In this document: in pieces, positions 8,858 to 18,696 of the stretch
Layout of the letters: each line of letters starts with the position of its first letter
Numbering within the stretch: the first letter of the stretch is position 1
Assembly (NCBI GenBank): GCA_027315165.1
Contig: DAHUYN010000003.1
Coordinates: 95,846 to 159,845, forward strand
Reading direction: 5' to 3'
DNA: 64,000 bases
Source of the DNA: Thermoplasmata archaeon
GTDB taxonomy: Archaea; Thermoplasmatota; Thermoplasmata; Lutacidiplasmatales; UBA184
Translations under genes and position numbers: made by a program
Notes under the pieces: generated by a model
The model's input: only the letters and a program-made list of their open reading frames with translations
Told to the model about the DNA's origin: nothing
Databases searched by the model: none

Positions 8858-9313
8858 GTGGCTCTTCGGCGGATGGTCTTCCTGCGCGACGAGGGGAGCG
8901 TCTTCGACGCCCCGGTCGAGGCCGTCTGGGCGTTTCTTGGCGATCCCGAGGCCCATACGAGGGCGCACGCACACTCGGAGGTCTCTCGAGAGAGGCCGTC
9001 GCCCGAGACGGGGACGTACGCCTGGCTCCAGCCGTTCGAGGGGGCCTCGACGCGGTTTCGGATGCGGTGGCACTCCTACGACCCGCTCGGCATCGCCTAC
9101 GAGGTGCTCGAAGGACCGTTCCAGGGCTCCCGGTTCTTCCTCTTCTACACTCCCCTCGGCGCGCGGACCGCGGTCTCGATCGTGGGCGAGTTCCTCTCGC
9201 CCACCCTCGACGACGCCCACCTCCCCGCGGCGGTCGAGCGTTTCTTCACCCAGGAGTTCGACCAGGACCGCGCCGCCCTCGACGCTCGGCGACGTGGCGC
9301 CGGGCGGAAATAG
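8858..9313 (+). CDS. SRPBCC (START/polyketide-cyclase-like) family protein
   Basis: This 151-aa protein shows the typical pattern VFDAPVEAVWAFLGDPE...W. The start may instead be the ATG at 8873. Confidence 0.6.
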   Translation: MALRRMVFLRDEGSVFDAPVEAVWAFLGDPEAHTRAHAHSEVSRERPSPETGTYAWLQPFEGASTRFRMRWHSYDPLGIAYEVLEGPFQGSRFFLFYTPLGARTAVSIVGEFLSPTLDDAHLPAAVERFFTQEFDQDRAALDARRRGAGRK

Positions 9314-9326
9314 TCGGGAGGGTCTC

Positions 9327-10172
9327 GTGGGGTCGCGCGTTCCGTTCCGCCGCGTGCACCACCTCCTGGCCGTGCCGGCGACCGCGGGTGAGGCTCCCGA
9401 GCAGGAGTTCGTCGTCGACTCGGGGATCGGCGTGACACTGCTGTCGAGCGAGCTGTGCCGCGCGGCCGGCGCCCGAGAGCTCGGTACGGAGTTCACGGGA
9501 CGTCGGATGTCCGGCCAGTCGGTCTCGGTCCCGCTCGTACGGCTCCCCCGGCTCGAGGTCGGGGGGCGCCAGTTCGAGGACCTCGTCGTCGGCCGGTTCG
9601 ACCTCGGGGGCCTGCCCGAGGAGTTCGGTCCTGTCGGAGGTTTCCTGTCGCTCAACCTGTTCGAGCGGGTTCCGCTGCAGGTGCGCTACCACGAGTCTGA
9701 GCTGCTGCTCGACCCGGCCCTCCCCTCGACGGCGTCGGGGGCGGTCGGACGCGGCGAGGTCCCGCTCTCGGTCGAACGGGACGGCCCCTCGACGACGGTC
9801 TTTGCGGACCTCACGCTGCCCGACGGGTCGCTCGCCCACGTCGAGGTCGACATGGGCTCGGCGAGCCTGATCCTCGAGACGAGGTACCGGGCGAAGCTGG
9901 GGTTCGCCGAAGGGGCCGCGGACCTCCGGCGCGCCACGGGGCTCGACGAGACCGGCCACGAGTTCGTACGACACTTCGGCCGGCTGCGGGGTGCCGTCGC
10001 GCCGACCGCGGCCCCGAGCTTTTCCCAGCGCGACCCCGAGGTGATGTTCCAGGAGATCATCTACGACGGACTCCTCGGGGACGCCTACCTCCGGAACTGG
10101 GTCGTCACCTTCGACCTGCCCCGGTCGCGCCTCCTCCTCGAGCCGCCGGCCGCACGCGGCGCGTCGGCCTGA
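9327..10172 (+). CDS. Retropepsin-like aspartic protease, two tandem lobes
   Basis: There are two D-[ST/M]-G-type motifs about 115 aa apart (VVDSGIGVTLL and VEVDMGSASLIL), each in a beta-rich context. A GTG start lies 14 nt after the SRPBCC stop. Confidence 0.55.
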   Translation: MGSRVPFRRVHHLLAVPATAGEAPEQEFVVDSGIGVTLLSSELCRAAGARELGTEFTGRRMSGQSVSVPLVRLPRLEVGGRQFEDLVVGRFDLGGLPEEFGPVGGFLSLNLFERVPLQVRYHESELLLDPALPSTASGAVGRGEVPLSVERDGPSTTVFADLTLPDGSLAHVEVDMGSASLILETRYRAKLGFAEGAADLRRATGLDETGHEFVRHFGRLRGAVAPTAAPSFSQRDPEVMFQEIIYDGLLGDAYLRNWVVTFDLPRSRLLLEPPAARGASA

Positions 10173-10252
10173 CGGGGCGGCCCCACGGAGGGTCGGCCGC
10201 ACTCCCGTCGCGTCCCCACCGGCGACAAATAGCGGTCGGGACTCCCTCGAAC

Positions 10253-11062
10253 ATGGCGACCGATGTGCGTTCGCCCGCGAGCCTCCACGCTCGGATGCCC
10301 GTCGTCTTCGTGGGCCACGGCAACCCGATGAACGCCGTCGAGGAGACCCGCTACGCCGCCGCGTGGCGAGCGCTCGGGGCGGCCCTGCCGCGTCCGAAGG
10401 CCGTCGTCTGCGTCTCGGCCCACTGGTACGTCGCGGGGACGCGGGTCACGGCGATGGCGCGCCCTCGGACGATCCACGACTTCGGGGGCTTCCCCGACGA
10501 GCTCTCGCGTGTCGAGTACCCGGCGCCCGGGGCGCCCGCGCTCGCGCGCGACCTGGCCTCGCGGCTCGCTCCGACCCGCGTCGAGCTCGACGAGAGCTGG
10601 GGGCTCGATCACGGCGCCTGGTCGGTCCTCCGCCGCCTGTACCCGGACGCCGACGTTCCCGTCGTCCAGCTGTCGCTCGACGAGACGCTCCCGCCCGAGG
10701 CCCACTACGCCCTCGGGGCCCGTCTCGCGCCGCTCCGCGAGGAGGGGGTCCTCGTCCTCGGCAGCGGCAATCTCGTGCACAACCTGCACGCGCTCTCCTG
10801 GGGGGAGCACCCGGCCCGGCCCTACGGCTGGGCCGTCGAGTTCGAGCGGACGGTGCGCGCCTTCCTCGACCGCGAGGACCCCGGCCCGCTCGTCCGGTAC
10901 GGTGCCCTCGGGCGTGCGGCCGCGCTCGCGGTGCCGACCCCTGATCACTACCTTCCGTTCCTCTACACGCTCGCGCTTCGAGCCCCCGGCGAGCCCGTCT
11001 CCTACCCCGTCGAGGGGATCGACCTCGGCTCGGTCTCGATGCTCTCCGTCCGCTTCGGCTGA
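10253..11062 (+). CDS. 4,5-DOPA dioxygenase extradiol-like (LigB/YgiD family class III extradiol dioxygenase)
   Basis: Motifs are VFVGHGNPMN, VSAHWY, IHDFGGFP, WGLDHGAW and LGSGNLVHNL. Confidence 0.85.
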   Translation: MATDVRSPASLHARMPVVFVGHGNPMNAVEETRYAAAWRALGAALPRPKAVVCVSAHWYVAGTRVTAMARPRTIHDFGGFPDELSRVEYPAPGAPALARDLASRLAPTRVELDESWGLDHGAWSVLRRLYPDADVPVVQLSLDETLPPEAHYALGARLAPLREEGVLVLGSGNLVHNLHALSWGEHPARPYGWAVEFERTVRAFLDREDPGPLVRYGALGRAAALAVPTPDHYLPFLYTLALRAPGEPVSYPVEGIDLGSVSMLSVRFG

Positions 11063-11112
11063 CCCGACTCGGCGCCCGAACAAGCCAAGAACCGCACGGT
11101 GCTCGCCGCCCC

Positions 11113-13806
11113 ATGAACCCGCCCGACCCGCTCGGCCTCGCCGAGCCGTTCCCGGACCCCGTGGGCCCCTCGACGATCTATCGGCTCGCGCGCCTTCCCG
11201 GCTACGACGCGAAGCGCTTCGCGCGACTTCCGCTCACGCTCCGCCTGCTCGCCGAGAACTGGGCCCGGCACTTCGACCCCCAGCGCGACAAGGTCGGCGA
11301 GCTCACCGCCCTCGTCCGCGGGGAGCTCCGAGCGTCCGAGTTCGAGCTCCCGTTCCATCCCGGTCGCGTGCTCCTCCAGGACTTCACGGGTGTCCCCGTC
11401 CTCGTCGACCTCACCGCGCTGCGGAGCGCCGCGGTGGCGCGGGGCCTCGCGCCGACCCGGATCAACCCGAAGGTCCCGGTCGACCTCATCGTCGACCATT
11501 CCGTCCAGGTCGACAGCTTCGGCTCGCCCCGCTCCCTGCTCGTCAATCTCGACCGCGAGTACGAGCGGAACTCGGAGCGCTACGGCCTCCTGCGGTGGGC
11601 GCAGCGCGCCTACGAGAACGTACGCGTTGTGCCCCCCGGGAGCGGGATCTGCCACCAGGTGAACCTCGAGCACCTCGCCTCCGTCGTCACGCGACGGCCC
11701 GCGGGAGGCCGCGAGGTCGTCTTTCCGGACACGCTCGTCGGGACCGACTCGCACACGACGATGGTCAACGGGCTCGGCGTCCTCGGCTGGGGCGTCGGCG
11801 GGATCGAGGCCGAGGCGGTGATGATGGGGGAGCCGTACTACCTCAGCCGTCCGGTCGTCGTCGGGGTCCGGCTCTCGGGCTCGTTGCCCGAGGGGGCGAC
11901 GGCCACCGACCTCGTGCTCACCGTCACGCGCGCCCTGCGTCGCCACGGGGTCGTCGAGAAGTTCGTCGAGTTCTTCGGGCCCGGCGTACGCCACCTCTCG
12001 GTCGCGGACCGGGCGACCCTCTCGAACATGTGCCCCGAGTACGGCGCCACGGCGGCGCTGTTCCCGATCGACGAGGCGACGGTCGCCTACCTCACGGCGA
12101 CCGGCCGGGACGCCGCCGACGTGACGCGCGTACGGGCCTACGCCGACCGGCAGGGGCTCTGGGACACCTCGGCCGTCACGGACCTCGCCTTCGACGAGCT
12201 TCTCGAGGTCGATCTCGCCACGATCGTGCCGACGCTCGCCGGGCCGAGGAACCCGGAGGAGATGGTGCCGCTCGCCGACGCCGCGAGCGCCTTCCGAACG
12301 AGCCTCGTCGGCTACCGGGGCGCGCACCCGACCCCGCGCGGCCACGACGAGCCCACGGCGCCGGCACCCGTCGCGGACGGCTCGGTCGTCATCGCGGCGA
12401 TCACGAGCTGCACGAACACCTCGAACCCGACCGTGATGGTCGGCGCCGGGCTCCTCGCGCGGAACGCCCGCGCGCGCGGGCTCGCCGTGCCGCCCTGGGT
12501 GAAGACGTCGCTCGCGCCGGGCTCGAAGGTCGTGACGGAGTATCTCCGGCGCGCCGAGCTGCTCGCCCCGCTCGCCGCCCTCGGCTTCGACCTCGTCGGC
12601 TACGGGTGCACCACCTGCATCGGCAACAGCGGTCCTCTGGCCCCCGAGATCGAAAGGAGGATCGTCGACGAGGACCTGTACGTCGCCGCCGTCCTCTCCG
12701 GGAACCGGAACTTCGAGGCGCGGATCCACAACCTCGTCCGGGCGAACTACCTCGCCTCGCCGATGCTCGTCGTCGCCTACGCGCTCGCCGGCCGCATGGA
12801 CCTCGACCTCACGCGCGAGCCGGTCGCGAAGGACCCGAGCGGGACGCCGGTCTACCTCAAGGAGCTCTGGCCGACGTCCGCGGAGATCCGTCGCCTCGTC
12901 GAGGCGAGCCTCGACCCGGCGATCTTCCGGGAGAAGTACCGGGAGATCACGGTCGGCGACGCGCACTGGGAGTCCCTTCCCGCCGAGGAGGCGCCGCTGT
13001 ATCCCTGGGACGACCACTCCACCTACCTCCGCAACCCCCCCTACTTCGACGCGCCCTTCGCCCCTCCTGTCGACGAGGCGACCTGGCTCGACGGGGCGCG
13101 GGCCCTCCTCCTCCTGGGCGACCGGGTCTCGACGGACCACATCTCGCCGGCCGGGGAGATCCCGGTGGAGAGCCCCGCGGGCCGCTACCTCGTGGCCCAC
13201 GGGGTCGCGCCGGCGGACTTCAACACCTACGGGACGCGTCGTGGGAACCACGAGGTGATGGTGCGGGGGACGTTCGCGAACGTTCGGATCCAGAACCACC
13301 TCGCGCTCCCGCGGGAGGGCGGCGTCACCCGGCACGTTCCCTCCGGCGACCTCTTGAGCGTCTACGAGGCGGCGGAGCGGTACCGGCAGGAGAAGGTGCC
13401 GCTCGTCGTCCTCGCGGGCGCGAGCTACGGCCAGGGAAGCTCGCGGGACTGGGCCGCGAAGGGGCCGATGCTCCTGGGCGTGCGGGCCGTCGTCGCCGAG
13501 AGCTACGAGCGGATCCACCGGAGCAACCTCGTCGGGATGCGCGTCGTGCCGTTCGAGTTCGCGCGCGGGGAAGGGTGGAAGGCCCTCGGCCTCGACGGCC
13601 GCGAGCGGTTCTCGTTCCGCCCCCGGGGCGGGCGCCTCTCGCCGCGCGGCGAGGTCGACGTCGTCGCGACCGACGGGTCCGGCGCGGTCGTGCGCGAGTT
13701 CCGCGTCCGCTGCCGCATCGAGTCCGAGGTCGAGATGGGCTACTACAACGCCGGCGGGCTCCTCCCCTACCTGCTCGAGAAGGCGGCGGCGCCGGGGGCG
13801 CCGTAG
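11113..13806 (+). CDS. acnA: Aconitate hydratase A
   Basis: This is an 897-aa protein. Motifs are LLQDFTGVP, GTDSHTT, ITSCTNTSNP and CTTCIGNSG (Fe-S Cys ligands), plus the swivel-domain motif GSSRDWAAKG. Confidence 0.95.
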   Translation: MNPPDPLGLAEPFPDPVGPSTIYRLARLPGYDAKRFARLPLTLRLLAENWARHFDPQRDKVGELTALVRGELRASEFELPFHPGRVLLQDFTGVPVLVDLTALRSAAVARGLAPTRINPKVPVDLIVDHSVQVDSFGSPRSLLVNLDREYERNSERYGLLRWAQRAYENVRVVPPGSGICHQVNLEHLASVVTRRPAGGREVVFPDTLVGTDSHTTMVNGLGVLGWGVGGIEAEAVMMGEPYYLSRPVVVGVRLSGSLPEGATATDLVLTVTRALRRHGVVEKFVEFFGPGVRHLSVADRATLSNMCPEYGATAALFPIDEATVAYLTATGRDAADVTRVRAYADRQGLWDTSAVTDLAFDELLEVDLATIVPTLAGPRNPEEMVPLADAASAFRTSLVGYRGAHPTPRGHDEPTAPAPVADGSVVIAAITSCTNTSNPTVMVGAGLLARNARARGLAVPPWVKTSLAPGSKVVTEYLRRAELLAPLAALGFDLVGYGCTTCIGNSGPLAPEIERRIVDEDLYVAAVLSGNRNFEARIHNLVRANYLASPMLVVAYALAGRMDLDLTREPVAKDPSGTPVYLKELWPTSAEIRRLVEASLDPAIFREKYREITVGDAHWESLPAEEAPLYPWDDHSTYLRNPPYFDAPFAPPVDEATWLDGARALLLLGDRVSTDHISPAGEIPVESPAGRYLVAHGVAPADFNTYGTRRGNHEVMVRGTFANVRIQNHLALPREGGVTRHVPSGDLLSVYEAAERYRQEKVPLVVLAGASYGQGSSRDWAAKGPMLLGVRAVVAESYERIHRSNLVGMRVVPFEFARGEGWKALGLDGRERFSFRPRGGRLSPRGEVDVVATDGSGAVVREFRVRCRIESEVEMGYYNAGGLLPYLLEKAAAPGAP

Positions 13807-13820
13807 CCGGCGGAGGTGCG

Positions 13821-14225
13821 ATGGGGCTCGAGTACACCGGGATCCGCGTCCGCGACCTCGCCCGGTCCCGTCGGTTCTACACCGAGGGGCTCGGCCTGCG
13901 CCCGGTCGCCTCGGGCCGGATGGCGGCGGGGGGCGTCTGGGAGGAGCTCGAGGACCCCGAGACGCACGCGCGGCTCGAGCTCAACTTCTATCCGGACGAG
14001 CCGCCCTACCGCGAGGGGGACGAGCTCGACCACCTGGGGTTCCGGGTCGACGACCTCTCGGCGACGGTCGACCGCCTCGTTCGGCTCGGGGCGAAGGTGC
14101 GGATCCCGCCGTTCGAGGACGCCGGCGTGCGGCTCGCGTTCCTGGCCGACCCGGACGGCGCCTGGGTCGAGCTCTACGAACGCCGCGAGGCGGAGGGCGC
14201 TCCGACCTCGCAATCGGTGGACTGA
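13821..14225 (+). CDS. VOC/glyoxalase I family protein
   Basis: MGLEYTGIRVRDLARSRRFYTEGLGL...HLGFRVDD...DPDGAWVELYE. It is in-frame with the tail of shadow ORF 10509..14225. Confidence 0.8.
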   Translation: MGLEYTGIRVRDLARSRRFYTEGLGLRPVASGRMAAGGVWEELEDPETHARLELNFYPDEPPYREGDELDHLGFRVDDLSATVDRLVRLGAKVRIPPFEDAGVRLAFLADPDGAWVELYERREAEGAPTSQSVD

Positions 14226-14254
14226 CGGCGGGGCCCTCCCGCGGGCGCGGCCAG

Positions 14255-14262
14255 TATATTAA
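14255..14262 (+). promoter_or_regulatory. TATA-like box TATATTAA upstream of flippase gene
   Basis: This is the only AT-rich octamer in the intergenic region. It lies about 50 nt upstream of the GTG/ATG at 14311/14314. Confidence 0.35.
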
Positions 14263-14310
14263 CGCGGGTCCGCGTGGGGAGCCGCGCGCGTCGCGAGCCG
14301 CGCGGACCTC

Positions 14311-15990
14311 GTGATGGAAGAGCCCGAACCGTCTCTCCCGAAGGCCCGTCACTCGGTCGGACTCAGCTCGACCGGGGTCTTCGTCATCTCGCTCCTGATC
14401 CAGCTCCTCGGCTACATCCCGACGCACTTCTTCGCGCAGCACGTCGGCGCGAGCTCCGACGGCCGGGACGTCCTCGGGTTGTTCCAGCTGTTCCTGCTCC
14501 TCGCCTCCTCCGTGAACATGGTGGGGGACCTTCGGATCGGCTCGGCCTACACGTTCTACGTCGCCCGCGGCGAGACGCCGGGGACCGGGACGGCGACGTA
14601 CTTCTTCCTCCGCGCCGGGCTCGTCGCGGCCGCCGGCGCGATGGTCTTTGTGAGCGGGCCGCTGCTCGGCTATGCCCCGCTCCAGCTCGCGCCGCTGTTC
14701 GCGCTCTGGATGCTCTTGCCGATCCTCTGGAGCGTCTCGGCGGTCTACGCGCAACAGTCGGCCGCGCTGGGGCAGTCGATCAAGGGCCAGGTGCCCCTCC
14801 TCGTCGAGTCGGTCACGAGGACCGCCGCGCTGACGTTCGTCGCCGTCTGGTCGCTCGGCCTCGGGAAGGCGAGCTACTCCGAGGTCCTCGCCCCGATCAC
14901 CTACGCCTACCTGGTCGGCGCAGGGGCCTCGGCGCTCTACTCGGCCCCGGCCGTCCGTCGAACGATCCAGCGCTTCCGCCTCGAGGTCGCGAAGCGCTAC
15001 TTCCTCTACGCCTGGCCGCTGATGGCCAGCCTGATGCTCCTCTACCTCGCCAGCACGCTCCCGCAGTTCTTCGTCGCGGCCCACTACGGCCCGGGCGAGC
15101 TGAACATCTTCCTGGCGCCGAACGGCCTGCGCATCCTGCTCCTCTCGATCCCGGGCGCGATCGCCGTCCCGCTGTTCCCGCACCTCTCGGGCCTTCACAA
15201 GCGACGGGACTACGAGCTCATCCGGCAGCGCACGTGGGCGGCGATCCGCTACGCCGCGATCGTCACGGTGCCGCTCATCGCGGCGATGGTCGTCTACCGG
15301 GTCAACGTCCTCAACGACCTCTACCAGACCGCCTACGCCAACCAGGGCGCGCTCCCCCTGGTCCTCCTCGCGGTCTCCGGACTCCCGGCCGTGCTCGCGC
15401 AGATCATCGGCACGGCCCTGAACTCCGTCGGTCTCCAGCGGCTCGAGCTCTACCTCACGAGCCTGCAGGTGGCGCTCCTCCTCGTTGTGATGACGCTCCT
15501 GATGGCCCCGGTGGGGCTGCTCGGGCTGTCGGGCTCCGTCGCGGCGAGCGCGGCGATCTTGGTCTCCGCCTCCGCCGCGCTCGCGCTGAACGCCTACTTC
15601 ATGCACACGCTCCTCGGCGTGAAGATCCAGCTCCGGTCGGCGGGAACGATCGTCGTCGCCGCGGCCGCGAGCTTCTTCGTCGTCGGCCGCTTCAACGCCT
15701 TGATCGACATCCACGGCTTCCCGCTCCTCGTCGTCGGGGTCGCCCTCGGCGTCACCGTCTACGCGCTCGTCCTCGCCGGCGTCGGGGAGCTGTCGAAGGC
15801 GGACGTCCGGCTCCTCTCGGGCGCGGTCGGCCTCCCCGGACGCATCGGCGAGGCGCTCGCGAGGCTCTGCTGGCGCGCCGAGAGCTGGCCCGTGAACCCG
15901 ATGCCGGCGGGCGGCGCGGCGGGGCTCCGACCCCTCGACCCCTCGCTCGAGAGCCCGGGCCCCGAGCCCCCGCCGGACGACCGGAAGTAG
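14311..15990 (+). CDS. MOP-superfamily oligo/polysaccharide flippase (Wzx-like)
   Basis: This is a 559-aa protein with about 14 TM segments and the typical N-terminal VGLSSTGVFVISLLIQLLGYI. Confidence 0.75.
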   Translation: MMEEPEPSLPKARHSVGLSSTGVFVISLLIQLLGYIPTHFFAQHVGASSDGRDVLGLFQLFLLLASSVNMVGDLRIGSAYTFYVARGETPGTGTATYFFLRAGLVAAAGAMVFVSGPLLGYAPLQLAPLFALWMLLPILWSVSAVYAQQSAALGQSIKGQVPLLVESVTRTAALTFVAVWSLGLGKASYSEVLAPITYAYLVGAGASALYSAPAVRRTIQRFRLEVAKRYFLYAWPLMASLMLLYLASTLPQFFVAAHYGPGELNIFLAPNGLRILLLSIPGAIAVPLFPHLSGLHKRRDYELIRQRTWAAIRYAAIVTVPLIAAMVVYRVNVLNDLYQTAYANQGALPLVLLAVSGLPAVLAQIIGTALNSVGLQRLELYLTSLQVALLLVVMTLLMAPVGLLGLSGSVAASAAILVSASAALALNAYFMHTLLGVKIQLRSAGTIVVAAAASFFVVGRFNALIDIHGFPLLVVGVALGVTVYALVLAGVGELSKADVRLLSGAVGLPGRIGEALARLCWRAESWPVNPMPAGGAAGLRPLDPSLESPGPEPPPDDRK

Positions 15991-16024
15991 CCGGTCGAGG
16001 GGGTTTCCGCACCCCGTCCACGCC

Positions 16025-16031
16025 TTAAATA
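16025..16031 (+). promoter_or_regulatory. TATA box TTAAATA 24 nt upstream of ABC ATPase ATG (leaderless)
   Basis: The sequence context is CCTTAAATAC. The spacing is classic for archaeal TATA-to-TSS distance. Confidence 0.45.
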
Positions 16032-16055
16032 CGGCCGTCCCGCTCGCCGCCGTCC

Positions 16056-16982
16056 ATGCCGACCGACGCGCTCGCGGCCCAGGAGGTCCGCAAGACCTAC
16101 CGCACGCGCGGCGGGCCGGCCGTCGAGGCGCTGAGCGGCGTCTCGATGACGGTCCACGCCGGTGAGCGCGTCGCGCTCCTCGGGCGCAACGGCGCCGGGA
16201 AGACGACGTTCCTCAAGATCGCGGCGACGCTCCTCCGGCCGACCTCGGGGTCGGTCTCGGTCTTCGGCCACGACGCGATCCGCGCGCCGGACGAGGTGCG
16301 ACCGATGATCGCGGTCGTCCCGCAGGAGGGAAAGCCGTTCTTCCACCTCACGCCCCGCGAGCAGGTCTACAGCTACCTGAGGGCCCGGGGCCTCACGCGC
16401 GCGACGGCGAAGGCGAAGGCGGAGCAGGCGCTCTCGGAGATGGGGCTCACGGAGGTCGCCGACCGCCTGAGCATCAACCTCTCGGGGGGACAGCGGCAGC
16501 GGACGATGGTGGCGACCGTCATCGCGACCTCGGCGCCGCTCCTCTTCCTCGATGAGCCGACGATCGGGATGGACCCGTTCGCCCGACGGAGCGTCTGGGA
16601 GTCGCTCCGCGCGCTCACGCGCCAGGGGTCGACGATCCTGCTCACGACCCATTACCTGGACGAGGCGGAGGCGCTCTCCGACCGGCTCTACATCGTCGAG
16701 CGGGGCCGGGTGCTCATCGAGGGGACCGCCGCCTCGCTCAAGCAGGGCATTGGCGGCAGTCTTCGCGTCTCGGTCGCCGACGGGGCGCGTCTCGCGCAAC
16801 AGTTCGCCTCCTTCGGCTCGTGCGTCACCGACGGGACCACGCTGCACGTGTTGATCGAGCCGCCGCGCCTCTCCGAGCTGCTCGACGTCGCGGTCCGGGC
16901 CCAGCTCACGGCGACCGTCGGTCCCGTGACGCTCGAGGAGGCGTTCCTCCGCGCCGTCGGCCGTTCGATCGACGAGGAGTGA
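16056..16982 (+). CDS. ABC-2-type exporter ATP-binding protein
   Basis: Motifs are Walker A GRNGAGKTT, signature LSGGQRQR and Walker B LLFLDEPTIGMD. Confidence 0.9.
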   Translation: MPTDALAAQEVRKTYRTRGGPAVEALSGVSMTVHAGERVALLGRNGAGKTTFLKIAATLLRPTSGSVSVFGHDAIRAPDEVRPMIAVVPQEGKPFFHLTPREQVYSYLRARGLTRATAKAKAEQALSEMGLTEVADRLSINLSGGQRQRTMVATVIATSAPLLFLDEPTIGMDPFARRSVWESLRALTRQGSTILLTTHYLDEAEALSDRLYIVERGRVLIEGTAASLKQGIGGSLRVSVADGARLAQQFASFGSCVTDGTTLHVLIEPPRLSELLDVAVRAQLTATVGPVTLEEAFLRAVGRSIDEE

Positions 16983-16987
16983 TCCTG

Positions 16988-17737
16988 ATGGCGCTGCCGG
17001 CCCCGGCGTTCCGCGGCACCGTCGCCTTCTCGGCGGCGGAGAGCCGGGTCCAGCTCCACGAGGGGGTCGCGATCTTCTCCTCGATGATCACGCAGGCGGT
17101 CGTCCTCGTCTTCGTCTGGGTGCTGGCTCGAAGCCTGCTGCCCGTGGCCGTGTTCGGGGCGATCATCTTCTCGATGTTCACCTTCGGCCAGCGGGTCCTC
17201 AACGAAGCGGCCTACATCCGCGTCGACCACAAGCTCAACGAGCTCTACCTCGCCTCCCCGCTGACCCCGGAGTCCTACTTCCTCGGGATCGCCGTCGGCG
17301 TGCTCGTCGCCTACCTCGGTCCGACGCTCCTCCTCGTCGCGCTCGCCGCGCTGTGGGTCGGGTTCACTCCAGCGCTCGCCCTCGAGCTCCTCCTCACCGC
17401 GACGGCGGTGTGGCTGTTCTCCTCGTCCCTCGGCTACGTGCTGTCGACGCTGTTCCGCGACATGCGGGCGATCTGGTCGTACGCGGCGATCTTGTACAAC
17501 CTCTTCGGCGTCCTTCCCCCGGTCTTCTACCCGGTGGGCCTCTTCCCGGCCCCGTTGCGGCCGGTGGCGCTCGTCCTGCCGCCGAGCGCCGCCGCCGACC
17601 TGCTCCAGAACGCGCTCCACCCCGGCGTCCTGACCCCCGGCGAGGTCGGGCTCGCGGCCGCCGCGCTCGCGACGGCCTCTCTCGGGATGTTCCTCTTCGC
17701 GCTCGTCTGGGCCCGACGGACCGCGCAGGAGGCCTAG
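16988..17737 (+). CDS. ABC-2 family exporter permease (first of two)
   Basis: It has six hydrophobic segments. The ATG lies 5 nt after the ATPase stop. The start was trimmed from track ORF 16820..17737. Confidence 0.75.
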   Translation: MALPAPAFRGTVAFSAAESRVQLHEGVAIFSSMITQAVVLVFVWVLARSLLPVAVFGAIIFSMFTFGQRVLNEAAYIRVDHKLNELYLASPLTPESYFLGIAVGVLVAYLGPTLLLVALAALWVGFTPALALELLLTATAVWLFSSSLGYVLSTLFRDMRAIWSYAAILYNLFGVLPPVFYPVGLFPAPLRPVALVLPPSAAADLLQNALHPGVLTPGEVGLAAAALATASLGMFLFALVWARRTAQEA

Positions 17738-17738
17738 C

Positions 17739-18503
17739 GTGTCGCGCGCCTCGGTCCTCGACGTGCCGACGGAGGGCCGGGTCTTCCCGGCGTTCGCGCT
17801 CATCGGCTGGCGCTGGATCAGCCGCAACCCGGCGTCCGCGATCGCGCCGATCCTGCTCCCGTTCATCTTCCTCTACTTCCTCCACCTGATCGCCCCGGGG
17901 TACTTCGCCCTCGAGGTGCTCGGCGCGATGCTGTTCACCACGCAGAACATCGGCAGCTGGGTCCTCGGCGACTCGGCGACCTGGCGGATCGAGGCGGCGC
18001 TCCAGGACCTGTTCGTCGCCTCGCCGATGGGCAAGGTCCGCTACCTGTTCGGGATCGCCGTCTCGAACCTGATCCCCGCCGCGCCGGCGCTCGCGATCCT
18101 CACGATCCTGCTCGCGGTCTCGATCGGCCACGCCGTGCCCGTGACCGCCTGGCTGATCCTCTTGGGGACGATCCTGGTCGTGTGGCTCCTCTTCTCCGCG
18201 ATCGGGGTGGCGATGTCGAGCCGGCTCACGAGCCAGCGGGAGATCTGGCCCGTGGGCAGCCTCACGTTCACGCTCCTCGGGATGCTCTCCCCCTTGTACT
18301 ACCCGCTCTCGGTCCTGCCGGGGGCCTGGCAGACGGTGGCGCGGTTCCTGCCGACGACGTACGCCGCCCTGCTCGTGCAGGCGGCGTTCGGGATCACCTC
18401 GTCGACCCCGTGGGCGATGGCCTCGGACGGGCTCCTCCTCGTCGCGCTCGCCGGCCTCGGGACGGCCCTCGCGCTGTTCGCCTACCGCTGGAGGACCGGG
18501 TGA
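17739..18503 (+). CDS. ABC-2 family exporter permease (second of two)
   Basis: The GTG start immediately follows the previous stop. It is a 254-aa polytopic protein paralogous in layout to the preceding permease. Confidence 0.75.
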   Translation: MSRASVLDVPTEGRVFPAFALIGWRWISRNPASAIAPILLPFIFLYFLHLIAPGYFALEVLGAMLFTTQNIGSWVLGDSATWRIEAALQDLFVASPMGKVRYLFGIAVSNLIPAAPALAILTILLAVSIGHAVPVTAWLILLGTILVVWLLFSAIGVAMSSRLTSQREIWPVGSLTFTLLGMLSPLYYPLSVLPGAWQTVARFLPTTYAALLVQAAFGITSSTPWAMASDGLLLVALAGLGTALALFAYRWRTG

Positions 18504-18696
18504 GCCCCTTCGCCCGGGCGAGAGCCCCACCAGAAACGTTCATCCGTCCTGTCGGCATCGTTCGGTCGGTGCCCTTGGGTCCCGCACGACGCCCCGTCAC
18601 GCCCCGCACGACCGCGACGGTCGGCTCGGGGCGGGCGTCGGACGCCCTCACGTTCCGCTCTGTCGTCTCGAGGGAGCGGTAGGAAACAGCACTACG

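Noticed and set aside
10509-14225. A 1238-aa plus-strand ORF spanning the dioxygenase, aconitase and VOC genes.
   Set aside because: It is an off-frame shadow of acnA with an R/P/G-rich translation. Only its last 134 codons (13821..14225) are a real VOC-family gene.
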